Shown one piece after another: positions 1 to 12,894 of a stretch of 64,000 bases of DNA; position 1 is the stretch's first letter; each line of letters starts with the position of its first letter. Source of the DNA: Macrostomum lignano (Eukaryota); assembly GCA_002269645.1 (NCBI GenBank), contig NIVC01002983.1:6687-70686 (forward strand). Reading direction: 5' to 3'. Both the position numbers and the translations under genes were made by a program. The notes under the pieces are model-generated. The model did not search any database and had not been told where the DNA came from. It saw nothing but the letters and a program-made list of their open reading frames with translations.

Positions 1-2602
1 TAAACCTCAAGAAGCTTGACAACCGATTGAGAGAGCAGACTGTGTAATCAACCATGGCCAGAGTGAAGAGATGTGTACAGTATTTAGAAGTTAAACAAAA
101 AATTTAATAATAATTTTCGACTTACTTGTTTATGTATACGCTTCAATAATTTCAATAAATTGAATTACTTCAGTAAATTGAATCTCTCATTAATACTAAA
201 AAATATTGAAACCAAATTATCAATTTTGTCAACAGCTTTGGCCGAATGCGAATTTCGATGTAGGTACAATTTGGTGGCATTCAAATCAAACAATTATGGT
301 ATAGTGAAGTGACAGTACATTATTATAATATTTTTCTTAAGAGTATTAAAGAAGCACTGTAATATACGAATGACATAATGATGTCGATGACGCCACAACC
401 ACACAAATAAAATATGCATGTAAAATAAAGTAAATATAAGTAAATAGATTTTTAATTAACATCTATGGATCAATGAATGGTAGAATTAAATTTAGATTGG
501 ATCCTAAATCCCACCCAACACTGGAATCTCAATCCTATCCAATCCCTAAAATTTTGATCCTGCCAACCTCTAACTAGGTATGAGTAGGCCTAGGACTAGA
601 CTAGGACTAGACAGAGTAGGCCTAGCTATGCTAGCAAATGCAAGCAAATAGCAATGTTAGCAAGTAGCTAACAATGATAGTTATTTTTTGCTTTTCAAGG
701 AATAAGCCTAGCTAGTATTAACTATGAACTGTAATAAATATCTTAGGCCTAATACTGTACAAAATGCTTAATAAGATTTTTTTATAATACTTTTTTGTTT
801 TTGGCTCAAAATATTTATTGTTTCTTTTTATTTCTTTGTCTATGACTGACATGTTATGATTTTGTTTTTTATAGGCGTAGGCCCTAAACTATTATATTAA
901 ATATTTGCTTTTCTTTTTGTTTCTAGTTTTTATTTGCTTTTTTATTTTTCATTTTTTTTCAATTTTTGACCTGTCCTAGTGTAGGCCTACCACAAATATA
1001 ATTTTTACTTTGTGCTTAATTGATCAAAATTGCAATATACTTTGGCTACCCAATCATGTGACATGTTATCTAACCTAGCTAGACCATAAATTGGCTTGGT
1101 TAGCTATATATATACCCTGTATTATATATACATAGTCTAAGAAACTAATGTTTATTATATATAACAGGCAACAGCATAGCCATACCCATAGGCCTAGGCC
1201 TATGCTCTTTCTAATGAAACCAAAAGGGCAGTGCAGAGCACTAAACTAGGCCTAAATGTTTAGTTTATTATTCATTTTTAGTAATATGCCTAGTACATAG
1301 CCTATAATATAAAAAATTAAATATTTTTAGTTGGACACTAAATTAATTTCTTAAAAACTAGATATAAGTTTAAGGCTTTAACTTAAGCCCTAGGCTAAAA
1401 CAAAGCAAAAATGCTATTTTTAATTTTAGTAAAAACGCTGCTAATCATTAGACTTAAAGCCTAGTCATTTATTAAATAATAACAATACAAAACTATTTAG
1501 AAACAAACATATCAATATTGGGTCATTCCACAATAGAGCCCATATTTTGAACTTTAAACATTTAAAACTTTAGTACAGATTGCTTTTTGCAGCTTTGTCC
1601 TATCTATTATGGTTTAAAAGTTACAAGTGCTTAATGTTCAAAAACATGATAGGATCCTCTTATGGAATGACTATATATATAAGCTATAAAAAGAATTAAT
1701 TTAATTTATTTAATAAAAGATTCTTTAAGTTTAATTTAAAATATATTATTATTTTTGCAAATATTGAATATTCATAAGTTATATATTAAACTATAAATTA
1801 AACAAACTTATTAAATATTAAATTTAATAAATTAAATAAACTAGGCCCATAAATTAAACTTATATAGTCATTCCATAATAGGGTCCTATCATGTTATATT
1901 TGGTATATTAGGTATATTATAGGTATATTAGGTAAAAGTCTTACAAAAATAGAATGAATATTAAACAAACTGTTAGATCTTTGTTAAGATCTTATAATAG
2001 TTATCTTGGAAGTTCTTAACACTTTATGTTATTTATATTACATATTTACATATTTATTTTTATATTTTTATATTTAATATTCAATGAATAATATGAATTA
2101 CTAAATTCATATTTCACATTAATTAATAATAATAAATATAAATATTTATATTTATATTAGAATAGAATTAGAATAGAATATTCATATTTATTATTATTAT
2201 TTATATAAGCTATACTTTATATAAATACCTAATATTTTAAGATTAATAGTTACATATTTCCTAATTAATTATTATTTCAAAATTTCTAAAAGACTGTTTA
2301 TAACTATAAAGGCTTGTAATAAACTTTTGTTTTAATTTTACATCCTTAAACATATCTAATTATTGTATGAAATGTATATAGCTTTTGTTTAAGCCTAATA
2401 GTTTGTTCTTTGAGTTTAATGACTAAATTAGCTCATATTTTATTTCTTTCTTTAATGACTAAATTTAAATATAAAAATACAGTAACCTTTGTTATACCAT
2501 ATTGAGCTTTTTATTTTATTAGAGTAGCTAACTAAGCTAAATTTTAATAGAAAATTTTTCAAATTCTATCTATTTTTTTTGTAGAATAACCCAATGTTCT
2601 TA

Positions 2603-3173
2603 AGTTGCTCAGATGCCAATGAGGGAGTTGCTGAGATGCCAATGGTGGAGTTGCTGAGATGCCAATGGTGGAGTTGCTCAGATGCCAATGGAGTTGCTCA
2701 GATGCCAATGGTGGAGTTGCTGAGATGCCAATGGTGGAGTTGCTGAGATGCCAATGGTGGTGGAGTTGCTGAGATGCCAATGGTGGAGTTGCTGAGATGC
2801 CAATGGTGGAGTTGCTCAGATGCCAATGGTGGAGTTGCTGAGATGCCAATGGTGGAGTTGCTCAGATGCCAATGAGGGAGTTGCTGAGATGCCAATGGTG
2901 GAGTTGCTGAGATGCCAATGGTAGAGTTGCTCAGATGCCAATGAGGGAGTTGCTGAGATGCCAATGGTGGAGTTGCTGAGATGCCAATGGTGGTGGAGTT
3001 GCTGAGATGCCAATGGTGGAGTTGCTCAGATGCCAATGGTGGAGTTGCTGAGATGCCAATGGTGGAGTTGCTCAGATGCCAATGAGGGAGTTGCTCAGAT
3101 GCCAATGGTGGAGTTGCTGAGATGCCAATGGTGGAGTTGCTCAGATGCCAATGGTGGAGTTGCTCAGATGCCA
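2603..3173. repeat. 23-bp minisatellite (GAGTTGCTGAGATGCCAATGGTG)n
   Basis: About 25 tandem units, directly visible. Confidence 0.95.
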
Positions 3174-3599
3174 AGAAAAGTTGCTAACCCTCCCCCCCCC
3201 CAATCTTCACTGGCTATGCAATTTACTTTGGACCAAAATGCGACTTACTTATGAAACCAAGCAAAGTTATTGTAATTATGGGTAAACGGCAGAAGTAAAT
3301 ATGACTGTAATATCGAGGCTAAATGCCTCGTCATCTAATTAGTACTACATATAAGTACTACTATTTGGGTAGGCATTTTTGCGACTTACCTTGACTGGAC
3401 CCCTCCTTGGCATGGTGTGGCGCAAGTATGTTTGCTAAGATGTCAAGATTGTATTGCTTTTTTCTGCCTTCATACTTTATCAATTCTATTAAGAAACAAA
3501 AACCTTAAGACTACTGACTACAGTACTCAGTTGGGGGAGGGGGAGCTAAGCTTGTTACTCCTATGCAATTATTTAATTGTTTCAGCCGGCCACCGTGCA

Positions 3600-4060
3600 A
3601 TGGGCCTCAGCTCCAGCAGACTACCGGCTGATGCGCATCCCGCTGCGGCCGCCGATTATCCTTCTGATGCCGCCGTCGGCGGGCCTTCAACTTCCAGCGG
3701 CGCTTCTGTCGCTGCAGCGGCGTCAACGGCAGCGGTGGCCGCCCGTCGCCCTCTGCCGCCCCGACCTCGGGTTCATTCGCATCTGCAGGCCTCATCCTCT
3801 TCCTCATCATCAACTGGCGCTGCCGCCGCCGCCGCTGCTGCCGCCATCCTTTACGGCCCGCCGCCGACTTCATCAGCTGGCGCTGGCAGCAGCGGTCGCA
3901 ATCGGAGCCGATCGCTCGACATCTTCGGTCCGCATCTGCCAGCTGGGGCCGGCGGCGGCGCTTCTGCTGACTACGATCACCAAGACGACGGGGATGAGTT
4001 CGATGATGATGAGGATGGAGAGGCTGAGGCTGACGCAGAGACTGGCCAGCAGCAGCGAAG
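3600..4060 (+). CDS. ZNRF1/2: ZNRF1/2-like RING-H2 E3 ligase, coding exon 1 (MGLSSS N-terminus, low complexity)
   Basis: ATG at 3600 after an acceptor (ttgtttcag, AG 3584-3585). Donor GT at 4061 is phase 2 and joins exon 2 in frame. MGxxxS fits the N-myristoylation known for ZNRF1/2. Confidence 0.8.
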
Positions 4061-4093
4061 GTATTGTTAGTGTTTTCTGTTGGCATAGGTACT

Positions 4094-4222
4094 CTGTCTG
4101 TGTGTCTGTCTGTCTGTCTGTCTGTGTGTCTGTCTGTGTGTCTGTCTGTCTGTCTGTCTGTCGGTCTGTCTGTCGGTCTGTCTGTCTGTCTTGGTGTCTG
4201 TCTGTGTGTCTGTCTGTCTGTG

Positions 4223-4277
<55 letters not shown>

Positions 4278-4422
4278 GTGTCTGTCTGTGTGTCTGTCTG
4301 TCTGTCTGTCTGTGTGTCTGTCTGTGTGTCTGTCTGTCTGTCTGTCTGTCGGTCTGTCTGTCGGTCTGTCTGTCTGTCTTGGTGTCTGTCTGTGTGTCTG
4401 TCTGTGTGTCTGTCTGTCTGTG

Positions 4423-4477
<55 letters not shown>

Positions 4478-4514
4478 GTGTCTGTCTGTGTGTCTGTCTG
4501 TCTGTCTGTCTGTG

Positions 4515-4567
<53 letters not shown>

Positions 4568-4580
4568 GTCTGTCTGTCTT
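4094..4580. repeat. (CTGT)n/(GT) microsatellite, ZNRF intron 1
   Basis: Direct. Confidence 0.97.
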
Positions 4581-4674
4581 AGTGTGTCTGTATATTGATA
4601 GTTGCTTGAAATGTGTGCAGTTGCAAAAAGAATCTCAAACAAGTATCTTGAATTGGTAACTCGCTGCTCAACAG

Positions 4675-5019
4675 GTACCAACGTCGACATCATCGTCGGC
4701 TTGGTAGGGCGCTGCCGCCGCCTCCGCCGCCACCGCCACGGCACTCGCGGACACAGCAGCAGCGCGCTTTGATGCTGCGTCACCTTGGCCTGCCAACCAG
4801 TTTCTATCGCGCCGACATTCGCTGCCCTGTGTGCGGCAAAACTGTGCCCTCAGACGATACAGAGTTCCACCTGGTGATGTGCCTGACTAAGCCCAAAATA
4901 GACTATAACGAAGACGTCCTGTCTGAGGATAAGGAGGCCGAGTGCGCCATCTGTTTAGACGATTTATCCCAAGGCGACACTATTGCTAGATTGCCCTGTC
5001 TGTGCATCTATCACAAGGG
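4675..5019 (+). CDS. ZNRF1/2: ZNRF1/2-like exon 2 (C2HC zinc finger and start of RING-H2)
   Basis: Encodes IRCPVCGKTVPSDDTEFHLVMCLTKPKIDYNEDVLSEDKEAECAICLDDLSQGDTIARLPCLCIYHKG, the ZNRF signature. AG at 4673-4674, GT at 5020. Confidence 0.95.
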
Positions 5020-5174
5020 GTGAGGCTGAGTTTCCATTATCGGATTAATAATGGGCTTGCCAGCTTTTAATCCATATGAATTCTAGGATTTGGAATATAT
5101 GGATTAAAGGCTACTAGTTGTTGGGGATTAAAAGATCAAATATTGGGAATCGGGGTAATTTAGAGAGATTAGGG

Positions 5175-5975
5175 GTTAAGGATCAAGAGGGATTAGGATT
5201 TTGGGGATCAAGACGAATTAGGGGTTGGGGATCAAGAGGGATTAGGATTTTGGGGATCAAGAGGGATTAGGAGTTGGGGATCAAGAGGGATTAGGATTTT
5301 GGGGATCAAGAGGGATTAGGAGTTGGGGATCATGAGGTATTAGGAGTTGGGGATCATGAGGGATTAGGATTTTGGGAGTCAAGACGAATTAGGGGTTGTG
5401 GATCAAGAAGGATTAGGAGTTGGGGAGGGATTAGGAGTAGGGGATCAAGAGGGATTAGGATTTTGGGGATCAAGAGGGATTAGGATTTTGGGGATCAAGA
5501 GGGATTAGGAGTTGGGGATCAAGAGGGATTAGGATTTTGGGGATCAAGAGGGATTAGGAGTTGGGGATCATGAGGTATTAGGAGTTGGGGATCATGAGGT
5601 ATTAGGAGTTGGGGATCATGAGGTATTAGGAGTTGGGGATCATGAGGGATTAGGATTTTGGGAGTCAAGACGAATTAGGGGTTGTGGATCAAGAAGGATT
5701 AGGAGTTGGGGAGGGATTAGGAGTAGGGGATCAAGAGGGATTAGGAGTAGGGGATCAAGAGGGATTAAGAGTTGGGGATCAAGAGGGTTTAGGAGTTGGG
5801 GATCAAGAAGGATTAGTAGTTGGGATCAAGAGGGATTAGGAATTGGGGAGGGATTAGGAGTTGGGGAGGGATTAGGAGTAGGGGATCAAGAGGGATTAGG
5901 AGTAGGGGATCAAGAGTGATTAGGAGTAGGGGATCAAGAGGGATTAGTAGTTGGGGATCAAGAGGGATTAGGATA
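5175..5975. repeat. G-rich ~24-bp minisatellite (GGGGATCAAGAGGGATTAGGAGTT)n, ZNRF intron 2
   Basis: Direct. Confidence 0.93.
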
Positions 5976-6219
5976 GATTAGGGATTGATCAAGGTAAATT
6001 AGGGATTGAGGATCAGTATCCAATTTAGGGATTAAGAGGGAATTTAAGTTAAAGATCGAATGCCATAGCAGCGACGGACTGTTTAAATATTTTAAACGGC
6101 CTCATAATAAAAGTCATTAGACTTTCTATTCTTGCTACTACATCAGTAGTACTTTTTGTAGATTTAGTTAAATCGTAATTCATTTAGGCTTCACAATCTT
6201 CCCCATCGCACAACCGCAG

Positions 6220-6280
6220 GTGCATAGACGATTGGTTCAAGCGCAGTCGCACCTGCCCTCAGCACCCCGACGATACCTGA
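6220..6280 (+). CDS. ZNRF1/2: ZNRF1/2-like exon 3 (end of RING, stop)
   Basis: After ccgcag: (G)CIDDWFKRSRTCPQHPDDT*, which completes the RING-H2. Total CDS 867 nt, divisible by 3. Confidence 0.95.
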
Positions 6281-6549
6281 GGCGTTGGTTAATCCGCGGA
6301 TCTACACAAAAAAACTTGTTGGTGTACACACGCGCGCAAAGTCTCTTAAGTTTCGCTTTAAAAACGAAAGGTTATTTTTCTGCTTTGGTGCTAACATGTT
6401 GTAAGTTAGTGTTTGAGTGTTAGTTATAATACTCTTGTTCTGTCTGTCAAGCTGCGATCTCGCTCATTTTTGTCTTTCATTCTTCCTTTCCCTTCATCTA
6501 TATAACTGTTTCACAGACTAAAAGCTTCAATGAAAGACAAGTGGCTTGT

Positions 6550-6830
6550 GTATGGCTGCGCGCTTCTGTCAGCTTGCGCGTATGGCTGCGCGCTTCTGTC
6601 AGCTTGCGCGTATGGCTGCGCGCTTCTGTCAGCTTGCGCGTATGGCTGCGCGCTTCTGTCAGTTTGCGCGTATGACTGCGCACTTCTGTCAGCTTGCGCG
6701 TATGGCTGCGCGCTTCTGTCAGCTTGCGCGTATGGCTGCGCGCTTCTGTCAGTTTGCGCGTATGACTGCGCGCTTCTGTCAGCTTGCGCTTACGATTGCG
6801 CGCTTCTTACTGGCGCTATTTAAGTAGCTG
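6550..6830. repeat. 30-bp CpG-rich repeat (TATGGCTGCGCGCTTCTGTCAGCTTGCGCG)n in the probable ZNRF 3' UTR
   Basis: About 8-9 units. AATAAA at 7097 lies downstream. Confidence 0.92.
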
Positions 6831-7671
6831 CGCGCTTATTGGGCAAGAAGGCCATGTTCCACCATATCTCTTCTGTCTTCTTTTCACTTCCATTGTGTCT
6901 CTTCTAGAGAACTTCTCAAATGGTTAATTATTCGTTGCTTATATTTAATACTTCTAGCTCCTGTGTGGGGTTATTGGCACAAAAAATTTTTTGTTTGTAA
7001 TTTGTAAACATTTAATAAGAGTTTTATTTGCATTTTAGTTGTTTTAATACCAAAATAATAAGCTCTAATTATTAATGTTTAATTATTTTATATTACAATA
7101 AATCTGTCATTTATTTGCCGCCTTAAAACCTTAGTTGCTAATCTTACGCCCGTAGAATGCACCCTTGTAAAGTAAAAATGAATATAATTATATCTGTACA
7201 TTTCATTTATATAGTCATCCTTCATTGTGAAATGCAATTATTAAAACTGGGCCTATGTGGTCCGTCTGCAATCGGTCTGATCTCTGCTTGTCTCTGTTAT
7301 CGCTTCATAGCATGGGCCCCGTCTTTCCCGCTTTGCATGCGTTCGACTTTTTTTTCTACAAAAAATATTGTAAAACAAACTTTGTCTAAATATGAGTTTT
7401 TTTTTAATGCCATGGGTCAGTTTATTAATGCTTTGGCTATCTTTTTTATTTTTGGTTTGCCTGTCAGTCCATAGATTATTATTTATTATTGCTATTAATT
7501 ATTAAACAGTGGCAGTATATTAGCAATAAATTATATAAAGAATCTGTGCTTTATTATTTATTTGTCGAAGATTTGTCGAAGATAATTGAGCTTGATATCA
7601 AATTGCAAATATCAGAACGGTTTTTGATTTGTTTTATTGTTCTCTTTTGTTGCTTCTAGGACTCTTTCCTG

Positions 7672-7672
7672 C

Positions 7673-7712
<40 letters not shown>

Positions 7713-7730
7713 GGTCTGTCTGTCTGTCTA

Positions 7731-7771
<41 letters not shown>

Positions 7772-7819
7772 GTTTGTCTATCTATCTGTCTGTAAATGTG
7801 TCTGTCTGTCTGTCTGTCC
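7672..7819. repeat. (CTGT)n microsatellite
   Basis: Direct. Confidence 0.95.
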
Positions 7820-8324
7820 GCCATAGTTCAGTCGGAGTGCCGGCTCAGTGGCTGTGCGTGACTCGGTTTGAACTGTCTCAATTTTTATTAAGGCTTCCAA
7901 CGCCATTTAAGGCTACGGGTCGGTGCCTATCTATCCTCAAGCCCTCTGGCTGCTGCTCCACTGCTTAGCCAATTAATCTGTTTGCCAATTGTTAGCAACC
8001 CGATACAGGGCCTGCTACCCTGTGTCTCCGCTTTTTTGGCTTGTAGCGAAATTGGTAATTTGAGCGATAGCGCTACTCGCATGCTCTGTGCGCAGCTGGA
8101 GGCAGGCGCTGTTCGAGTGGAGCTTTAGCTTGATGAAGAAGATAAAAAAATAATGAGATACAACGGTTCAAAGTAGTCAGGGAAAACCTAGCTTTTACGA
8201 TATCAGAATTACATGTAGTTCAATATGTCAAAATACTGCAGTACCGCTGTACAATGAAGGGATGCGAAATTCTAGATAGATTGATACATGTGACAGCAAT
8301 AAATGTACATAGATTGCAAGATGG

Positions 8325-10985
8325 ATGCTGTACATAGATGTGTAGATAATTTACTGTGCAGATGATAGTGTACATAGATGTGCAGATGCATAGTGTACAT
8401 AGATGTGCAGATGCATAGTGTACATAGATGTGCAGATGCATAGTGTACATAGATGTGCAGATGATAGTGTACATAGATGTGCAGATGCATAGTGTACATA
8501 GATGTGCAGATGCATAGTGTACGTAGATGTGCAGATGCATAGTGTACATAGATGTGCAGATGCATAGTGTACATAGATGTGCAGATGATAGTGTACATAG
8601 ATGTGCAGATGCATAGTGTACATAGATGTGCAGATGCATAGTGTACATAGATGTGCAGATGATAGTGTACATAGATGTGCAGATGCATAGTGTACATAGA
8701 TGCGCAGATGATAGTGTACATAGATGTGCAGATGATAGTGTACATAGATGTGCAGATGCATAGTGTACATAGATGTGCAGATGATAGTGTACATAGATGT
8801 GCAGATGCATAGTGTACATAGATGCGCAGATGATAGTGTACATAGATGTGCAGATGATAGTGTACATAGATGTGCAGATGCATAGTGTACATAGATGTGC
8901 AGATGATAGTGTACATAGATGTGCAGATGCATAGTGTACATAGATGCGCAGATGATAGTGTACATAGATGTGCAGATGATAGTGTACATAGATGTGCAGA
9001 TGCATAGTGTACATAGATGTGCAGATGCATAGTGTACATAGATGCGCAGATGATAGTTTACATAGATGTGCAGATGATAGTGTACATAGATGTGCAGATG
9101 CATAGTGTACATAGATGTGCAGATGCATAGTGTACATAGATGCGCAGATGATAGTTTACATAGATGTGCAGATGCATAGTGTACATAGATGTGCAGATGC
9201 ATAGTGTACGTAGATGTGCAGATGCATAGTGTACATAGATGTGCAGATGCATAGTGTACATAGATGTGCAGATGATAGTGTACATAGATGTGCAGATGCA
9301 TAGTGTACATAGATGTGCAGATGCATAGTGTACATAGATGTGCAGATGCATAGTGTACATAGATGTGCAGATGATAGTGTACATAGATGTGCAGATGCAT
9401 AGTGTACATAGATGCGCAGATGATAGTGTACATAGATGTGCAGATGATAGTGTACATAGATGTGCAGATGCATAGTGTACATAGATGTGCAGATGCATAG
9501 TGTACATAGATGTGCAGATGCATAGTGTACATAGATGTGCAGATGATAGTGTACATAGATGTGCAGATGCATAGTGTACATAGATGCGCAGATGATAGTG
9601 TACATAGATGTGCAGATGCATAGTGTACATAGATGTGCAGATGCATAGTGTACATAGATGCGCAGATGATAGTGTACATAGATGTGCAGATGATAGTGTA
9701 CATAGATGTGCAGATGCATAGTGTACATAGATGTGCAGATGATAGTGTACATAGATGTGCAGATGCATAGTGTACATAGATGCGCAGATGATAGTGTACA
9801 TAGATGTGCAGATGATAGTGTACATAGATGTGCAGATGCATAGTGTACATAGATGTGCAGATGCATAGTGTACATAGATGCGCAGATGATAGTTTACATA
9901 GATGTGCAGATGATAGTGTACATAGATGTGCAGATGCATAGTGTACATAGATGTGCAGATGCATAGTGTACATAGATGCGCAGATGATAGTTTACATAGA
10001 TGTGCAGATGCATAGTGTACATAGATGTGCAGATGCATAGTGTACGTAGATGTGCAGATGCATAGTGTACATAGATGTGCAGATGCATAGTGTACATAGA
10101 TGTGCAGATGATAGTGTACATAGATGTGCAGATGCATAGTGTACATAGATGTGCAGATGCATAGTGTACATAGATGTGCAGATGATAGTGTACATAGATG
10201 TGCAGATGCATAGTGTACATAGATGCGCAGATGATAGTGTACATAGATGTGCAGATGATAGTGTACATAGATGTGCAGATGCATAGTGTACATAGATGTG
10301 CAGATGCATAGTGTACATAGATGTGCAGATGCATAGTGTACATAGATGTGCAGATGATAGTGTACATAGATGTGCAGATGCATAGTGTACATAGATGCGC
10401 AGATGATAGTGTACATAGATGTGCAGATGCATAGTGTACATAGATGTGCAGATGCATAGTGTACATAGATGCGCAGATGATAGTGTACATAGATGTGCAG
10501 ATGATAGTGTACATAGATGTGCAGATGCATAGTGTACATAGATGTGCAGATGATAGTGTACATAGATGTGCAGATGCATAGTGTACATAGATGCGCAGAT
10601 GATAGTGTACATAGATGTGCAGATGATAGTGTACATAGATGTGCAGATGCATAGTGTACATAGATGTGCAGATGCATAGCGTACATAGATGCGCAGATGA
10701 TAGTTTACATAGATGTGCAGATGATAGTGTACATATATGTGCAGATGCATAGTGTACATAGATGTGCAGATGCATAGTGTACATAGATGCGCAGATGATA
10801 ATGTACATAGATGCGCAGATGATAGTTTACATAGATGTGCAGATGATAGTTTACATAGATGTGCAGATGCATAGTGTACATAGATGTGCAGATGATAGTT
10901 TACATAGATGTACAGATGATAGTTTACATAGATGTGCAGATGGTTAGTGTACATAGATGTGCAGATGCATAGTGTACATAGATGC
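8325..10985. repeat. 24/25-bp satellite (TACATAGATGTGCAGATG[C]ATAGTG)n
   Basis: About 105-110 units of two interleaved length variants. Confidence 0.98.
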
Positions 10986-11254
10986 GCCGATAATGAGGAT
11001 AAATGATGAGTACATCGCATAAGACAAAATTACAATAGCTAAGTAGCCTTGTGTGGGACATGGTGGGCCAACAAAGTTTATATAGAAAAAACATAAAAAA
11101 AGAAAGTTTCTGCAATGTACTTTCTACTCAAAGCGCAAACGAACAATTGGCTGTCAAAAAATGATTTCACAAAACAAGGACCAATGTAAAATCAGGAACT
11201 TGCAAAACGCATTATGAGGAAAGGTACATGTATATATCACTTTTCTATATCATG

Positions 11255-11610
11255 ATATCAATCTCTATATCAGTCTCTATCAGTCTCTATCAATCTCCAT
11301 CAGTCTCTTTCAATCTCTACCAGTCTCTATCAGTCTCTATCAGTCTTTATCAATCTCCATCAGTCTCTTTCAATCTCTACCAGTCTCTATCAGTCGCTAT
11401 CAATCTCCATCAGTCTCTTTCAATCTCTACCAGTCTCTATCAATCTCTACCAGTCTCTATCAGTCTCTATCAGTCTCTTTCAATCTCTACCAGTCTCTAT
11501 CAATCTCTACCAGTCTCTATCAGTCTATATCACTCTCTATCACTCTCTATCACTCTCTATCACTCTCTATCAATCTCTATAGCAATCTATATCAGTCTCT
11601 CTGTCAATCT
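11255..11610. repeat. 10-bp repeat (CAGTCTCTAT)n
   Basis: Direct, degenerate. Confidence 0.9.
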
Positions 11611-12180
11611 TGATCTTTCTGGCAGTATCACTTATCTCTCTCTCTCTCTTTACATCTGTTCCCATATCTCCTTGTCAACTAATCAAACTCTTTCCCCATT
11701 TATCTGAAAATTCGCGCGCATCCTAGCAGACCAAGTGTTCATCAATAATTCTGTGCGGGGCTGTCACCAATCAATCATCCAGCACATGTGTGCTAACTGT
11801 GTTGCACAAATAAACATGCAGTTCACATCCGTCTCAAACGAAAACCTTTTACACTGCATGCGTCCAGCTCAGGCCAACAGAAGTTGCTGAAGTCTGAGGA
11901 CTCGAAATTTACAGATTGCTGAAATTTGACAATTTAATAGAAGTTTTGAAATCCATATACTAAAAATGAATGAAATATGAATTAGAGGAAATATGGAACT
12001 TTATTCCAATTTAAGTAGTAACCAGGCATCCGAAGCTAATCTCTTTCCATGCCATCTCTCACTTTGGTGTAAATAAAAGCAAACTGTACAGCTATATTAG
12101 ACCGCAAATAGCCACGATAGCCACCCTTTCTATCCTCGCACCAGTGTATAAGCTGTTTCATTGTGACTGGATATTCTCCG

Positions 12181-12194
12181 GTTGCCACGGTGAC
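12181..12194. promoter_or_regulatory. X-box (RFX)-like motif GTTGCCACGGTGAC upstream of the formin
   Basis: One mismatch to GTNRCC-N(0-3)-RGYAAC, about 700 bp before the ATG. Confidence 0.25.
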
Positions 12195-12894
12195 AGACTC
12201 TGCGCAATTGGAGTCTGCAGGGGGGTTGGGGGTATGTGGGATAGGACACTGAGCTGCTTGGCGTATGAGAGCAGCAGCCACTTTGTCTCTCTTCTATCGC
12301 GGTTCCTCTCCTCAGCCTCCCCCTCGTCATCTATTTCTATCTGTAATTTCCCGCTCTGCCCCCCATCCGTAATTCCTAGAAACCGCGGCTTGCATCGAGG
12401 GAACTGGGAGGGGTAAATCGGGGACAGAGAGAGAGAGAGAGGCACAGAGACTGCAGGGCATCCTATTGGCCTGGGGGAGAAGGGGCGGGTGTGAGAGACG
12501 CGAATTCACCGCCTTGACCGCTCAGCAGCAGACCAGCTACGCCAAACAGCAGCTACTCTCTCCCCCTCACCCCAGCGCCCCTCCCCGGCAACCGTTAAAG
12601 TCCCAGCTGGCAGCTCAGCTTATAATTTTCTCTTCCCTCCCCTCCCACTGTGCCCTCCCCATCCCCATTCCAAAGACGGTCATCCCAGATTAGGATTCTC
12701 CGGGGCTTAACAGCGGCTGGAGTCTCTGAGATCCGTCACTCAAAGTGTCCACTCGTCTCTCTCTCTCGCTCTATCTGGCAGCTGCCTCGGCTCCAGCGAC
12801 CACCCGGCTGGGGCCCAATCTCGCCTAGCCCCGTTCCTCCAGCAGTTTGTCCTGCCAGAGGTACCGCACCGCCCCGTCCCGCCAGCCGCCGCCG

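Noticed and set aside
3384-3400. ACTTACC as a U1 snRNA 5' end
   Set aside because: The following sequence does not match U1 stem-loops or an Sm site. Better explained as an antisense donor or chance.
7845-7880. tRNA-derived SINE (A-box-like GGCTCAGTGG, B-box-like GGTTTGAAC)
   Set aside because: The boxes are too close and degenerate, with no cloverleaf, tail or second copy in the window.
8220-11020. Several 240-540 aa minus-strand His/Cys-rich ORFs
   Set aside because: Read-through of a 24/25-bp satellite that lacks stops on one strand. The frames shift with unit length, and there is no unique coding context.
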